A DNA stretch of 64,000 nucleotides from Candidatus Omnitrophota bacterium (GTDB taxonomy: Bacteria; Ratteibacteria; UBA8468; MWAK01): positions 41,223 to 105,222 of the forward strand of contig JBDRQI010000002.1 in assembly GCA_043826355.1 (NCBI GenBank). The letters run 5' to 3'. This document shows, in pieces, positions 10,228 to 18,984 of this stretch. The notes beneath the pieces are model-generated. The model did not search any database and was not told where the DNA came from. It saw only the letters and a list, made by a program, of their open reading frames with translations. The number at the start of each line of letters is the position of its first letter. Position 1 is the stretch's first letter. Position numbers and translations under genes: made by a program.

Positions 10228-10249
10228 TGATGGTTTCCTATTATTTTCT

Positions 10250-10301
10250 TAGTGCGAGGCTTTCAGCCTCGCTTCTTTTGGCGACCCTGAAAGGGCCGCA
10301 C
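10250..10301. repeat. REP-like double hairpin (GTAG-type relative)
   Basis: Hairpins gcgaggct-ttc-agcctcgc and gaccct-gaa-agggcc, enclosed by gtgcg/cgcac. Confidence 0.6.
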
Positions 10302-10318
10302 GGCGTTAAAATGCCGCG

Positions 10319-11194
10319 TTACAGCCCGGCGGCGTCTAAAATTTTGCCGCAGTGCCTCTCCCAGCCAATGGGCATGATATGAATTCCGCGGCACATGCTT
10401 TTCAGGTTTCCGATTAGTTCGGAAGCGATCGCAATGCTTTCAGTTACCCGCTGTTCCTTGGGAGCATCAGCCATGCGTTTGATATAATTGTCCGGCACGT
10501 GAACCCCGGAGACGTGTTCGTTCATATATTTTGCCATACCGGCGTTTTTTAACAAAACAATGCCGGCCATTACCGGAACCTGGAACTGTTCTGCCTGCCG
10601 GATAAACTTTTCAAACGCGTCCACCTCATAAACGGCCTGGGTCTGGAAAAATTCCGCGCCGGCCGCCACCTTCTTTTCCATTTTTATTAACTGGGGTTCC
10701 AGCGGGTCAGCGCCCGGGTTGACCACCGCGCCCAGACAGAAGTGCGGGAACGGTTCCGCCAGTTTGTTGCCAGCCGCGTCCTGGCCCTGTTCCATCTTTC
10801 GGGCTGCCGCCAGCAATTGCACCGTGTCGTAGTCAAAGACCGGCTTGGCGGCGCGGTCGTCGCCTAACATCGGGTGGTCGCCGGTGAGCGCCAGCACGTT
10901 TTCAATCTTGAAGGCGGCTGCCGAAAGGAGGTCGGACTGAAGCGCCAGGCGGTTTCGGTCACGGCAGGTTATCTGGAGAATCGGTTCCAGACCGGCTTCT
11001 TTCAATTTGATGCAGAGCGCCAGGGAACCCAGACGCATTACCGCGCTCTGCAGGTCGGTAACGTTGAAACCATCCACCCGGTCGGCGAGGACCTTGCCGA
11101 TATCAATAAACGGCTGGGTTTCCGTCCCTTTTTCCGGGCCGAATTCTACAGTGATTAGAAACTTGCCTGCTTTAATCTTCTCTTTGAAAGTCAT
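10319..11194 (-). CDS. metF: Methylenetetrahydrofolate reductase, catalytic subunit
   Basis: Motifs NVTD, CRDRNRLALQSDL, LTGDH and AGAEFFQTQ. Confidence 0.95.
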   Translation of the reverse strand: MTFKEKIKAGKFLITVEFGPEKGTETQPFIDIGKVLADRVDGFNVTDLQSAVMRLGSLALCIKLKEAGLEPILQITCRDRNRLALQSDLLSAAAFKIENVLALTGDHPMLGDDRAAKPVFDYDTVQLLAAARKMEQGQDAAGNKLAEPFPHFCLGAVVNPGADPLEPQLIKMEKKVAAGAEFFQTQAVYEVDAFEKFIRQAEQFQVPVMAGIVLLKNAGMAKYMNEHVSGVHVPDNYIKRMADAPKEQRVTESIAIASELIGNLKSMCRGIHIMPIGWERHCGKILDAAGL

Positions 11195-11212
11195 GGTTTC
11201 TCCTCAACAAAT

Positions 11213-11324
11213 AGATTCTTCGCAAAATCGGCTCAGAATGACAAAAAGTGTGTCATCCTGAGCGGGTAGCGAAGGATCCCGTTTTAAGATTGCCGCGTCA
11301 CAAAATACGTTCCTCGCAATGACA
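11213..11324. repeat. Cluster of TGTCAT(C/T)CTGAG / TGTCATTGCGAG palindromic repeat half-units
   Basis: gattcttcg...ctcagaatgaca, tgtcatcctgag...cgaaggatc and gattgccgcgtc...ctcgcaatgaca. Confidence 0.8.
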
Positions 11325-11327
11325 GCG

Positions 11328-12002
11328 TCACACTGCCGCTTTACTGCGCAGCGGTTTTATCTTTTTTGACCAGTCCTTGGCCGGCTGGTTTGCCTTCATC
11401 AGGTCAAGCCGTCCGAGTTCTTTCAGCCGGTTGTAGATTAAAAGCCAGCCGCAGGAACGGTCTCCATCCACCTCGCACTTGCCGTTTTTGGTGGTTCCGC
11501 CGCAGGGTCCGTTAAGCAGTCCCTTGGCGCAGAGGGTGTGCGGACAGAGTCCACCCATTAAATCCAGGATGCATTCGCCGCAGAGGCTGCATTTTTCCTC
11601 AAAGGTATTAACCAGGCCCGTTGGCGAAAGTTCCGTCTTCCATTCCGGTCCCAGAAAGAGGGTGTCACAGCCGGGCACAACCAATTTTTTGGTGATTTCG
11701 GTCAGGACCTGGTTGCCCAAGCCGCAGCAGAGGAGCAGAATAACTTCGGCGTCATCCACCGCTTTCCGGCTTGTCCGCAAATCTTTTTTGACCAGAGGCA
11801 ACAGGCAGCTCCTTTCCGGCAGAAGGTAACCGGTTACCTCTTTGCCGCTTTCCGTTAAAAATTTTGTCATCTCCTTCAATTCCCGCTCTCCACCGGTTCG
11901 GCAGGTAGTGGCGCACGACTGACAGCCGGAAAGAAATATTTTTCTAAACGGCTCCAGTTTTTTCAGGATATCTTCCCTGGATTTCTGAACGGTAACAACC
12001 AT
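11328..12002 (-). CDS. metV: Methylenetetrahydrofolate reductase small Fe-S/Zn subunit (MetV)
   Basis: Motifs GCQSCATTCRTGG, CSLCGEC, CPHTLCAKGLLNGPCGG and GKCEVD..CGW. Adjacent to metF. Start chosen after a GGAGG RBS. Confidence 0.9.
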   Translation of the reverse strand: MVVTVQKSREDILKKLEPFRKIFLSGCQSCATTCRTGGERELKEMTKFLTESGKEVTGYLLPERSCLLPLVKKDLRTSRKAVDDAEVILLLCCGLGNQVLTEITKKLVVPGCDTLFLGPEWKTELSPTGLVNTFEEKCSLCGECILDLMGGLCPHTLCAKGLLNGPCGGTTKNGKCEVDGDRSCGWLLIYNRLKELGRLDLMKANQPAKDWSKKIKPLRSKAAV

Positions 12003-12018
12003 TTTTATCCTCCGTGAA

Positions 12019-12080
12019 AATGTAGGGGGCGGGGTTACATCCCCGCCCACGGGAGGGGATGTAACCCCGCCCCCTACATT
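12019..12080. repeat. GTAG-type REP dimer, perfect 26-bp inverted repeat
   Basis: aatgtagggggcggggttacatcccc (12019-12044) pairs with ggggatgtaaccccgccccctacatt (12055-12080). Confidence 0.88.
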
Positions 12081-12088
12081 ACATTAGC

Positions 12089-12937
12089 TTAATATTTTCC
12101 CGCGGCCGCAACGGTATTTCTTACCAGCATCGCTACCGTCAGCGGTCCGACTCCGCCCGGCACCGGCGTAATCCAGGACGCCCTCTTTTCCGCCTCGTCA
12201 AACTCCACGTCTCCGACAAGCTTGTCCGCCACCCGGTTGATGCCGACGTCAACCACGATGGCGCCTTCTTTGACCCATTCGCCCTTAACCAGACCGGCCT
12301 TGCCTACCGCAACCACCAGGATTTCCGCGCGCCTGACGTGTTCCGGCAGGTTTCCGCGCTGTCCGGTGGCGATATGGCAGACCGTGACCGTGGCGAACTC
12401 CGTCAGGAGCAGAAGCGCCAGCGGCTTACCCACAATTTCAGAATGTCCGACCACCACCACCTCTTTGCCGTAAAGTTTTTCGTTGGTGGCCTTCAGAAGT
12501 TCCATCACTCCGGCTGCGGTGCAGGGCGTGAAGAGCGGTTTTGCCAGCACCAAAAGGCCTAAACTGGCCGGATTGATTCCTTCCACATCCTTCCCCGGCG
12601 CAATCAGGGCCTGGATAGCCCGTCCGTCAAGTTGAGCCGGCAGAGGCATTTGAACAATGATGCCGCTGACCGAGGAGTTGGAATTGAGCCGGTTAATTTC
12701 CGCGGCCAGGTCTGGCTGGGAGATATTTTCCGGCAGGGTCAGCAGTTGGTAGTCAACGCCAGTATTGGCGCAGACCTTTTGCTGGCTCTTCAGGTAGACT
12801 GAGCTGGCCTGGTTTTCGCCGGCCTGGACCGCGACCAGTTTCGGTGTGATTCCTTTCGCTTTTAATTCCGCTGCTTTTAATTTAACCTCTTCTCCAATCT
12901 TTTCCGCAATCGGTCTGCCTTCCAGTAATTTTGCCAT
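12089..12937 (-). CDS. folD: Methylene-THF dehydrogenase/cyclohydrolase
   Basis: Motifs KDVEG, PCT, VVGHSEIVGKPL, VDVGINR and ITPVPGGVGP. Confidence 0.97.
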   Translation of the reverse strand: MAKLLEGRPIAEKIGEEVKLKAAELKAKGITPKLVAVQAGENQASSVYLKSQQKVCANTGVDYQLLTLPENISQPDLAAEINRLNSNSSVSGIIVQMPLPAQLDGRAIQALIAPGKDVEGINPASLGLLVLAKPLFTPCTAAGVMELLKATNEKLYGKEVVVVGHSEIVGKPLALLLLTEFATVTVCHIATGQRGNLPEHVRRAEILVVAVGKAGLVKGEWVKEGAIVVDVGINRVADKLVGDVEFDEAEKRASWITPVPGGVGPLTVAMLVRNTVAAAGKY

Positions 12938-12940
12938 AAT

Positions 12941-13573
12941 TTACCCTAGTCTTTTTTTGGCTTCGGTTAAAATTGCGTCACTTTTAGAGATAATCTCTTC
13001 CCGGAATGAATTAAGGGCTTTTTTTATTTTTGCCTCATCCGGCAGGTTCAGGCCTCCGGAGAGGTTGATCAGGATATTGATTTCCGCCACTTCAAAAGCA
13101 GCCCGGGCCAGACTGACCGCGCAGGCGACGTCGCTGAGCAGGTACGGATTCCCTTTTTCCAAAAGCGGCTTAGCCAGATGTAAGACCTGCCGGGATAATT
13201 CCGCAACAAGCATGAGGATTTTATTGCCGGCTTCTGTTGCGGTAATCAATGCTTCCCGCCGGCCCGGCGTTTCTTTATTTATTTCCGCGGCCCGGCGGTA
13301 CTGGAGGTAAGCGACGCTGTCTTCTTCAACCAATTTGGCCGCTTCCTGCTGGATGGTTTCGGTGCTGTTTAAAATCTCTTTTACTTCGGCTTCAAAATCG
13401 AGATAACGTTTATTCCCGATGGTGAAATTGGCCACCATGGAGAGCAGGGCCGCAGACAGGGAAAGTGATAACGCGCCTGCGCTGCCGCCGCCGGGCACCG
13501 GGTCTCTGGATGCGAGCCGCGACAGGTATGTTTTTAACGGGTTCTGCAGGTAATCTATTTTTATTTCAGCCAT
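12941..13573 (-). CDS. fchA: Cyclodeaminase/cyclohydrolase family protein (methenyl-THF cyclohydrolase, FchA-like)
   Basis: Motifs LAS..PVPGGGSA, GNPYLLSD and NILINL. Adjacent to folD. Start moved to 13573 because the upstream extension is repeat-derived. Confidence 0.85.
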   Translation of the reverse strand: MAEIKIDYLQNPLKTYLSRLASRDPVPGGGSAGALSLSLSAALLSMVANFTIGNKRYLDFEAEVKEILNSTETIQQEAAKLVEEDSVAYLQYRRAAEINKETPGRREALITATEAGNKILMLVAELSRQVLHLAKPLLEKGNPYLLSDVACAVSLARAAFEVAEINILINLSGGLNLPDEAKIKKALNSFREEIISKSDAILTEAKKRLG

Positions 13574-13581
13574 TGCTTTGT

Positions 13582-13653
13582 TGTCATCCTGAGTGAAACG
13601 AAGGATCGCATCTTTCAATACGAGACCCTTCGCAGGACCGGCTCAGGGTGACA
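13582..13653. repeat. TGTCATCCTGAG-family palindromic element
   Basis: tgtcatcctgag...cgaaggatc...gacccttcg...ctcagggtgaca. Confidence 0.85.
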
Positions 13654-13720
13654 TCCACAGGGATGTCGTGAAAAAAATCACAGACAAAAAAGTAAGTGTA
13701 ACTCTTTTTCACGCTCTCTG

Positions 13721-14506
13721 TCAATCAAGTTCCAACACCATGCCGTCGGTTGCCGCGATTATCTCCAAGCCGAATTTTTGGCTCAACCGGTTGGCGATCT
13801 CCTTGGGGTCGGCTATCAACACTCTCCGTCCGAAATGGGTCAGGATAATTTTCTTCGCCAGAGGCGAATGCGCCTCCGGCGTATGCGGTTTGCTGCGGGC
13901 GAGAATATCTTCTACCTCGGGAACGGAAAGATGAAAAATTTCCGGCTTTCGTTTTGTCAGGACGACGTTGATAATCAACATTTCCCCGCGGAAGTAGTCC
14001 GGAATTCCGGGGAAATAAGCAGTGTCGGTGATAAAAGAGACGGTTCGGCGGTCTATTTTGAAATTAAAACCGTAGGTCTCCACCGGGTGCAGCATTTTGA
14101 TTGGGGTAAAAGAGATTTTACCCACCCGGTATTCTTTACCCTCTTTTAGAATTTCCAACCGTTCCGGAAAATTTCGAATATATTTTTGGATGACCGGTTC
14201 CGGGCCAAGCGCGTCCCGGGGCGCAAAGACTGCGCCCCTCTTTGTGTGGCCGCCGGCGGTCATCGCTTCAATCATAACATTGACATCCGCGGAATGGTCC
14301 AGGTGTTTGTGGGAGAGGATAACGCCGGTTAGTTTGGTCGGGTCCAGTTTGGGACGGCTCTCCAGCGCCCGAACCAGAGAACCGGGTCCCGGGTCCAGAA
14401 TCAGGTTATCCAAACCGCTGGAAATCCAGATTCCGCCTGAGGCGCGCAGTTGTTTAATCATCACAAATCGCGCGCCGGCCGTGCCCAGAAATTTGATAAA
14501 AGCCAT
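13721..14506 (-). CDS. Metallo-beta-lactamase-fold hydrolase
   Basis: Motifs FLGTAGAR, LDPGPG, SHKHLDH, ITDT and THFG. Confidence 0.88.
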   Translation of the reverse strand: MAFIKFLGTAGARFVMIKQLRASGGIWISSGLDNLILDPGPGSLVRALESRPKLDPTKLTGVILSHKHLDHSADVNVMIEAMTAGGHTKRGAVFAPRDALGPEPVIQKYIRNFPERLEILKEGKEYRVGKISFTPIKMLHPVETYGFNFKIDRRTVSFITDTAYFPGIPDYFRGEMLIINVVLTKRKPEIFHLSVPEVEDILARSKPHTPEAHSPLAKKIILTHFGRRVLIADPKEIANRLSQKFGLEIIAATDGMVLELD

Positions 14507-14541
14507 ATGATTTATTCCGGAAAGTTCCAGCGGGTACTTTT

Positions 14542-15798
14542 TCAGATAAATTTTTCAGTAACTCTGCGGGCCATATCGGCCCATTCCCACAGCCGTCCGG
14601 GTTCACCCCGCACCGTGGAAATATCCTTCAGGATAATTTCCGCAACACACCCATTATTGCGTGTTTTTTCAAGAACGCCGGTAAGTATCTGCCGTGCCTG
14701 TTCAAGATTCCATCGGTCGGTAGCCAGGACCGCCGGGTTGGGTTTGTAGGAAAAGACATAGCGGTTGCCCACATTGCGGACGGCCTGGTCAACGTTGATG
14801 CGCGGACTCATGGAAACCTTGCGCAGGTTCGGGATGCTGCACAGGATATCTATCTTTTGGTGGAGGGGTTCGCAGCATCCGTAATAGGTGAGGCCAAACT
14901 GCTCCAGCCAGGGTTTTTCATAACGTAAAGCAAACTCTTCATGCATTTTGGGGGAGACTTCAGAGAATATCTGCGACGTGGCGCATCCCCACTGGTCCCG
15001 AGTCCGAACGCGGGCCGGATTAAAATCGGGTTGTGGAAGTTCGTCGGTATAGCCGGGTCCTCCGGAACCGATGCGGAAATTTCCGTTATCAAGTTTGAAA
15101 AGGTTTAACTCTTCGTACTGTTTAATCCGGTGGAGGTAGGCGGATAGCAACCGTTCCATTGCGGCGTGGATAAGTTCCGGCCGGAGCGTCAGGTCCGTCA
15201 GGGCTTCCTGAACGCCGTACCAGGTAACCAGTACGTCCCACGGCGCAAACCACTGCTGCCTAACCCCGTATTTTTCAATCTGCAGAATGTCACCGAAAAG
15301 GTCGCAGAGGGTCTGATATTCTCGTTCGGTGGCTTCGCGGTTAAAAGAGATTTTCGGCATCTTTATCTTCAGGACATCCTTTTTAGTCTGAATCTGGGGA
15401 TAAAAATGGTGTGAGGTAATTGAGGAGTGTTCTCCCCGGATAACGTCTGATTCTTCCCGGATGCCGAAGCCGGTATCGTGAATCACGGGGTGGGAATAGA
15501 ACTTCGGTTCCACCGCCATATCCCCCCGAAAATGTTCCCACTGGTAAATCGTCGTACGGAGTTGCCATTCAACTCCCCGTAGAAAATTGTCACCTGTCTG
15601 CAGGGTGAGTTCTTTTTCAGCTTCCAGCAATTCCGGCCAGGGTACTTCGGTAATCCAGACCAGCGGCCGGCCGGGTTTCAGGCTGTTTAAACGCTTCCAT
15701 TCCGCAATCGTTTCCTTGTGAATCGGGAGCGAGGCGATTTCCGCCTGGCGCGCCGCCAATTTTCTCAAGATGCCCCTGTCTTTTTCCGATGGCTTCAT
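14542..15798 (-). CDS. UroD/MtbA-like TIM-barrel hypothetical protein
   Basis: Motifs VSPKMHEEF, YYGCCEPL and KPNPAVLA. The start at 15798 overlaps the upstream stop (ATGA). Confidence 0.7.
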   Translation of the reverse strand: MKPSEKDRGILRKLAARQAEIASLPIHKETIAEWKRLNSLKPGRPLVWITEVPWPELLEAEKELTLQTGDNFLRGVEWQLRTTIYQWEHFRGDMAVEPKFYSHPVIHDTGFGIREESDVIRGEHSSITSHHFYPQIQTKKDVLKIKMPKISFNREATEREYQTLCDLFGDILQIEKYGVRQQWFAPWDVLVTWYGVQEALTDLTLRPELIHAAMERLLSAYLHRIKQYEELNLFKLDNGNFRIGSGGPGYTDELPQPDFNPARVRTRDQWGCATSQIFSEVSPKMHEEFALRYEKPWLEQFGLTYYGCCEPLHQKIDILCSIPNLRKVSMSPRINVDQAVRNVGNRYVFSYKPNPAVLATDRWNLEQARQILTGVLEKTRNNGCVAEIILKDISTVRGEPGRLWEWADMARRVTEKFI

Positions 15799-18700
15799 AT
15801 TGGACGGCGGACGATAAGTTCCGGCGCGGCCATGAGACCGCAGGAGACCGACTGGTATTCTTCCTGCCACTCTTTTCCTTCGGTCGCGTATTGTGGGGAA
15901 CCGGTCCAGATAGGCCACTTTTTTGCAAGGTGAAGGGGGCCGTGGGAGTTTCTTCGATGGCCAATTATTTCTATCGCCAGGGTTGACTCTTTTTGTCCGG
16001 AAACAAAATCGGTGACATCAATTTCGTAAGGTTCCCAGGCACGGACACCGGCTTCCTTCCCGTCTACCAGGATGCGCACAGCAACTCCGCGGTAATTCGG
16101 GATGCGCACGAAAAGACGGCCGCCTTCCGGAACAACCGGCTGAATCTTCCTCAAATAACTGACCGAACCGGAGTAAAACGGCAGCCCTTGTTCTGTCCAG
16201 TCACCCAACTTCAGGGAATGGACCGGTGCGGTAAGTGAGACCCGGGTTCCCGTAACCTCTGCGCCGAAATCACCCAGAAGGTAGATTATTTCCAGGCCCG
16301 GATGGTTCTCATCGTATGCGCATTCCAGGAGAATTTCGTTTTGACCGGAACGAAGCAGGGCAGAGTCAATCGGGACGGTGCGCAGGGAGCGGTCCACCCA
16401 CCAGCCGCATTCGGCATCAACGGAAACAGGCGTTCCGTTTAAGCTGATGCGAAAGAGGTGTGGTTTCTCCAGAGCCAGAGAGATCTTTCCGCCCGGTGTT
16501 GCGGCGGATTCAAAGGTATACAGAAGGGAGATTGGAACTGATTTGGGCCTGGGGTTTTTCTGCTGCGCCCAGGGCTGGACCATATCCCCGGTGCGGTGCG
16601 GAATGCCCAGATAATCGCGGACAACCTTGTCGGCGCGAAGAACTTCATTTTCCGGCTGCCGCTTGTCGTCGGCAATCTTAAGTTGCGGACGGTCCAGCGG
16701 CAGGACGTTTGGTTCTGAGAGACGGATTTCCCAGTCCGGTCCATCCAGGACGGAATGGCTGTTTTCCTTCAGGTGTATCCGGGGGCCGGCCTCAACGGAA
16801 AGAGATTTTTTGGGTATCAGGAACAACCGGCTTCCCAGCTTCGGAAGATCAGTGTGGATAATGTATCCGTACGGAGTTTGCCTGGTATCGGCGGCAACTA
16901 TCTCTCCGGTTTCCGGGTTGAGTTCCAGCGGGGCATACTGCCAGTCGGGAACTCCGCGGATGATAACCTTCGGGAAAAACAGGTTTCGCTCGCGCACGCT
17001 GAGTTCCTTCTGGATATGACGTTCGCTGCCCGCAAAGTCCTGTCCGGTATTGCAGACAAAGAGGTAGAGGGCGTTTTTGTCCTCACGCAGCAGATAGAGG
17101 ACCGGTCCTAATTCCTGCCCCCCTTCCCGGTCGGTAATGGAAATGCGCCGGCAGTTATCTTCCAAAGTTTTGACAAGTTCTGTGCCGGCTGCCGGCGCCT
17201 TCCGGCATTGGGCCGCAAAATCCTTAACCTCGGTTGACGGTGTTGCATCAACGTATTCGGGCGGTTCTCCGGCGAATGTAATGTGGCCGCCTGCTTTTTG
17301 GAAGCGCTTAATAAGAGCCAGGGTGGTGCGGCGCATGGTAAGCATCGGCGGTACCAGGATGCTCCGGTACGAAGCCCGGCCGATTACGAAAACGGCGCTG
17401 CCGTCTTTTTTCCCGATACGGCCGTGCCGGAAAAGAATATCCTCGTCTCCGTAGTCAAAATCCAGGTGGCCGGCCAGAAGAGCGTCGCTCAACCTCCAGA
17501 AGGTGCGGTCATATTTTTCCACTTCCGGGCTTTTCCGCCAGTCAGACCGGAGCAAGACCCACATGCTTTCCACCGGATGGATAACCAGAAGGTCCCGCGC
17601 TTCTTCCCCCCGGGTCATAACCGTATTGATGCGGCCGAAATAATCTTCTACGCGCGAATAGAACTTCCACCAGGGTGACTGGTAGGAGATGGAGGCGGGA
17701 TAGTCCCGTTTTGCCTCTCCGAGCATGGTGTACCAGGCAAGGTGCTGGCACCGCAGGTTGATACCCAGGGCGGCCTGCCAGTCGCCTAACGCCTTATGGC
17801 CGGAAAAAGGAAAGTCCCAGCCGGTACATCCGTAGGTTTCGGTAAGCCGCCATTTCCGGCCGAATTGCCGGGCAGCGGAACTTACCTGTTTGGCGACGGT
17901 GAAAATCCGCCAGTACTCGGTGAGCAGGTCCATGCCCGGCGCCTGCATGTATTCGTATAAGCGCATGCAGCTGCCCACCACATCGGTCTGGCTGGAAAGC
18001 GTATCCTCGCCAAGGATGTGACCGGTCAAGAACAGGTTATTTTTCCCGCACCACTCCCCAATCTGACGGCCGAATGACTGGACAAAAAGATGCGTCACGC
18101 ATTCGTGGTAGTGATATCGCGCCGGCGTAAACGACTGCCCGTCAACATCAAGGAAAAGTTCCGGTAGGTGTGCGGTGAGGTCGTAGCCATAGCGGCGCTT
18201 GAAGACCAGAAGCAGTTTTCCGGTCCAGGCGCAAGCAGCGCGCCCGGTCTTTTCCCAATCCTCGGAAAACATGGAAAAGTTTTGATAGGGTTCATCGGTG
18301 AAGATGCCGGGGATGGATTTGCCGAACCGGGAACCAACCTCTTTCCGGTACGCAGCGTAGGTAACCTTGATGAACTGCCGCACTGCGTCGGGGTTGAGCG
18401 TATCAAGATACGTGTACCCGTTGAACCAGGAACTGCCTTCATTAATCTTTACGGAAAAGACCAGCAGTGTTTCTCCGGGAGAAAGCCGAACCGGTTTCTT
18501 CCCGGGTATCCTGCGTACATCACGGGCGGAGGTTCCTTCCACTTTTGCCGCAAATACGGCGACGGTATTCTTGGTCCGCTTCAGTTTTCGCGGGTCGGAT
18601 AATTTCTCCATTACCAGAGAGCGCGCCCGGTATCCGGGATTTTTGGTAACCAGGCCGCCGGCCGCACCCGAGGGCCAGCGGTCCTCATCGTAAAGCCAGG

Positions 18701-18968
18701 CTTTCATGCCCAGTTTCTCCGCTTCCTCGCAACAGGTGCGGATACAGTCAAACCACTCGTCGGAAAGGTAGGGAGTGTCAAGTCCGATTCGGGAATGCAT
18801 GAAGAACCCGCCCAGGCCCATCTCTTTCATCAGGCGTATCTGGCGCCGGAGTTCATCCGGTTTCAGCTTGCCGTTCCATGCCCAGAAGGGCGCGCCCCGG
18901 AATAAACTTCCCGGATTTTTAAATTCGCGTTGCAACGTCTTCAGCGTTTCCTGCGTCTTTTTCTGCAT
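15795..18968 (-). CDS. Large glycoside hydrolase (GH106-like) with C-terminal sugar-binding domain
   Basis: Motifs PFWAWNG, GLGGFFMHSRIGL, WLYDEDRWPSG, FTDEP, GINLRCQH and GLPFYSGSVSY. Confidence 0.8.
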   Translation of the reverse strand: MQKKTQETLKTLQREFKNPGSLFRGAPFWAWNGKLKPDELRRQIRLMKEMGLGGFFMHSRIGLDTPYLSDEWFDCIRTCCEEAEKLGMKAWLYDEDRWPSGAAGGLVTKNPGYRARSLVMEKLSDPRKLKRTKNTVAVFAAKVEGTSARDVRRIPGKKPVRLSPGETLLVFSVKINEGSSWFNGYTYLDTLNPDAVRQFIKVTYAAYRKEVGSRFGKSIPGIFTDEPYQNFSMFSEDWEKTGRAACAWTGKLLLVFKRRYGYDLTAHLPELFLDVDGQSFTPARYHYHECVTHLFVQSFGRQIGEWCGKNNLFLTGHILGEDTLSSQTDVVGSCMRLYEYMQAPGMDLLTEYWRIFTVAKQVSSAARQFGRKWRLTETYGCTGWDFPFSGHKALGDWQAALGINLRCQHLAWYTMLGEAKRDYPASISYQSPWWKFYSRVEDYFGRINTVMTRGEEARDLLVIHPVESMWVLLRSDWRKSPEVEKYDRTFWRLSDALLAGHLDFDYGDEDILFRHGRIGKKDGSAVFVIGRASYRSILVPPMLTMRRTTLALIKRFQKAGGHITFAGEPPEYVDATPSTEVKDFAAQCRKAPAAGTELVKTLEDNCRRISITDREGGQELGPVLYLLREDKNALYLFVCNTGQDFAGSERHIQKELSVRERNLFFPKVIIRGVPDWQYAPLELNPETGEIVAADTRQTPYGYIIHTDLPKLGSRLFLIPKKSLSVEAGPRIHLKENSHSVLDGPDWEIRLSEPNVLPLDRPQLKIADDKRQPENEVLRADKVVRDYLGIPHRTGDMVQPWAQQKNPRPKSVPISLLYTFESAATPGGKISLALEKPHLFRISLNGTPVSVDAECGWWVDRSLRTVPIDSALLRSGQNEILLECAYDENHPGLEIIYLLGDFGAEVTGTRVSLTAPVHSLKLGDWTEQGLPFYSGSVSYLRKIQPVVPEGGRLFVRIPNYRGVAVRILVDGKEAGVRAWEPYEIDVTDFVSGQKESTLAIEIIGHRRNSHGPLHLAKKWPIWTGSPQYATEGKEWQEEYQSVSCGLMAAPELIVRRPI

Positions 18969-18984
18969 TTTCCCCCTTATGCGG

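Noticed and set aside
12003..12050. N-terminal extensions in the ORF track (metV, fchA, mnmE, ugd, ABC ATPase, purF)
   Set aside because: The extensions run through repeats or promoters. Downstream ATGs match family N-termini or RBS positions.
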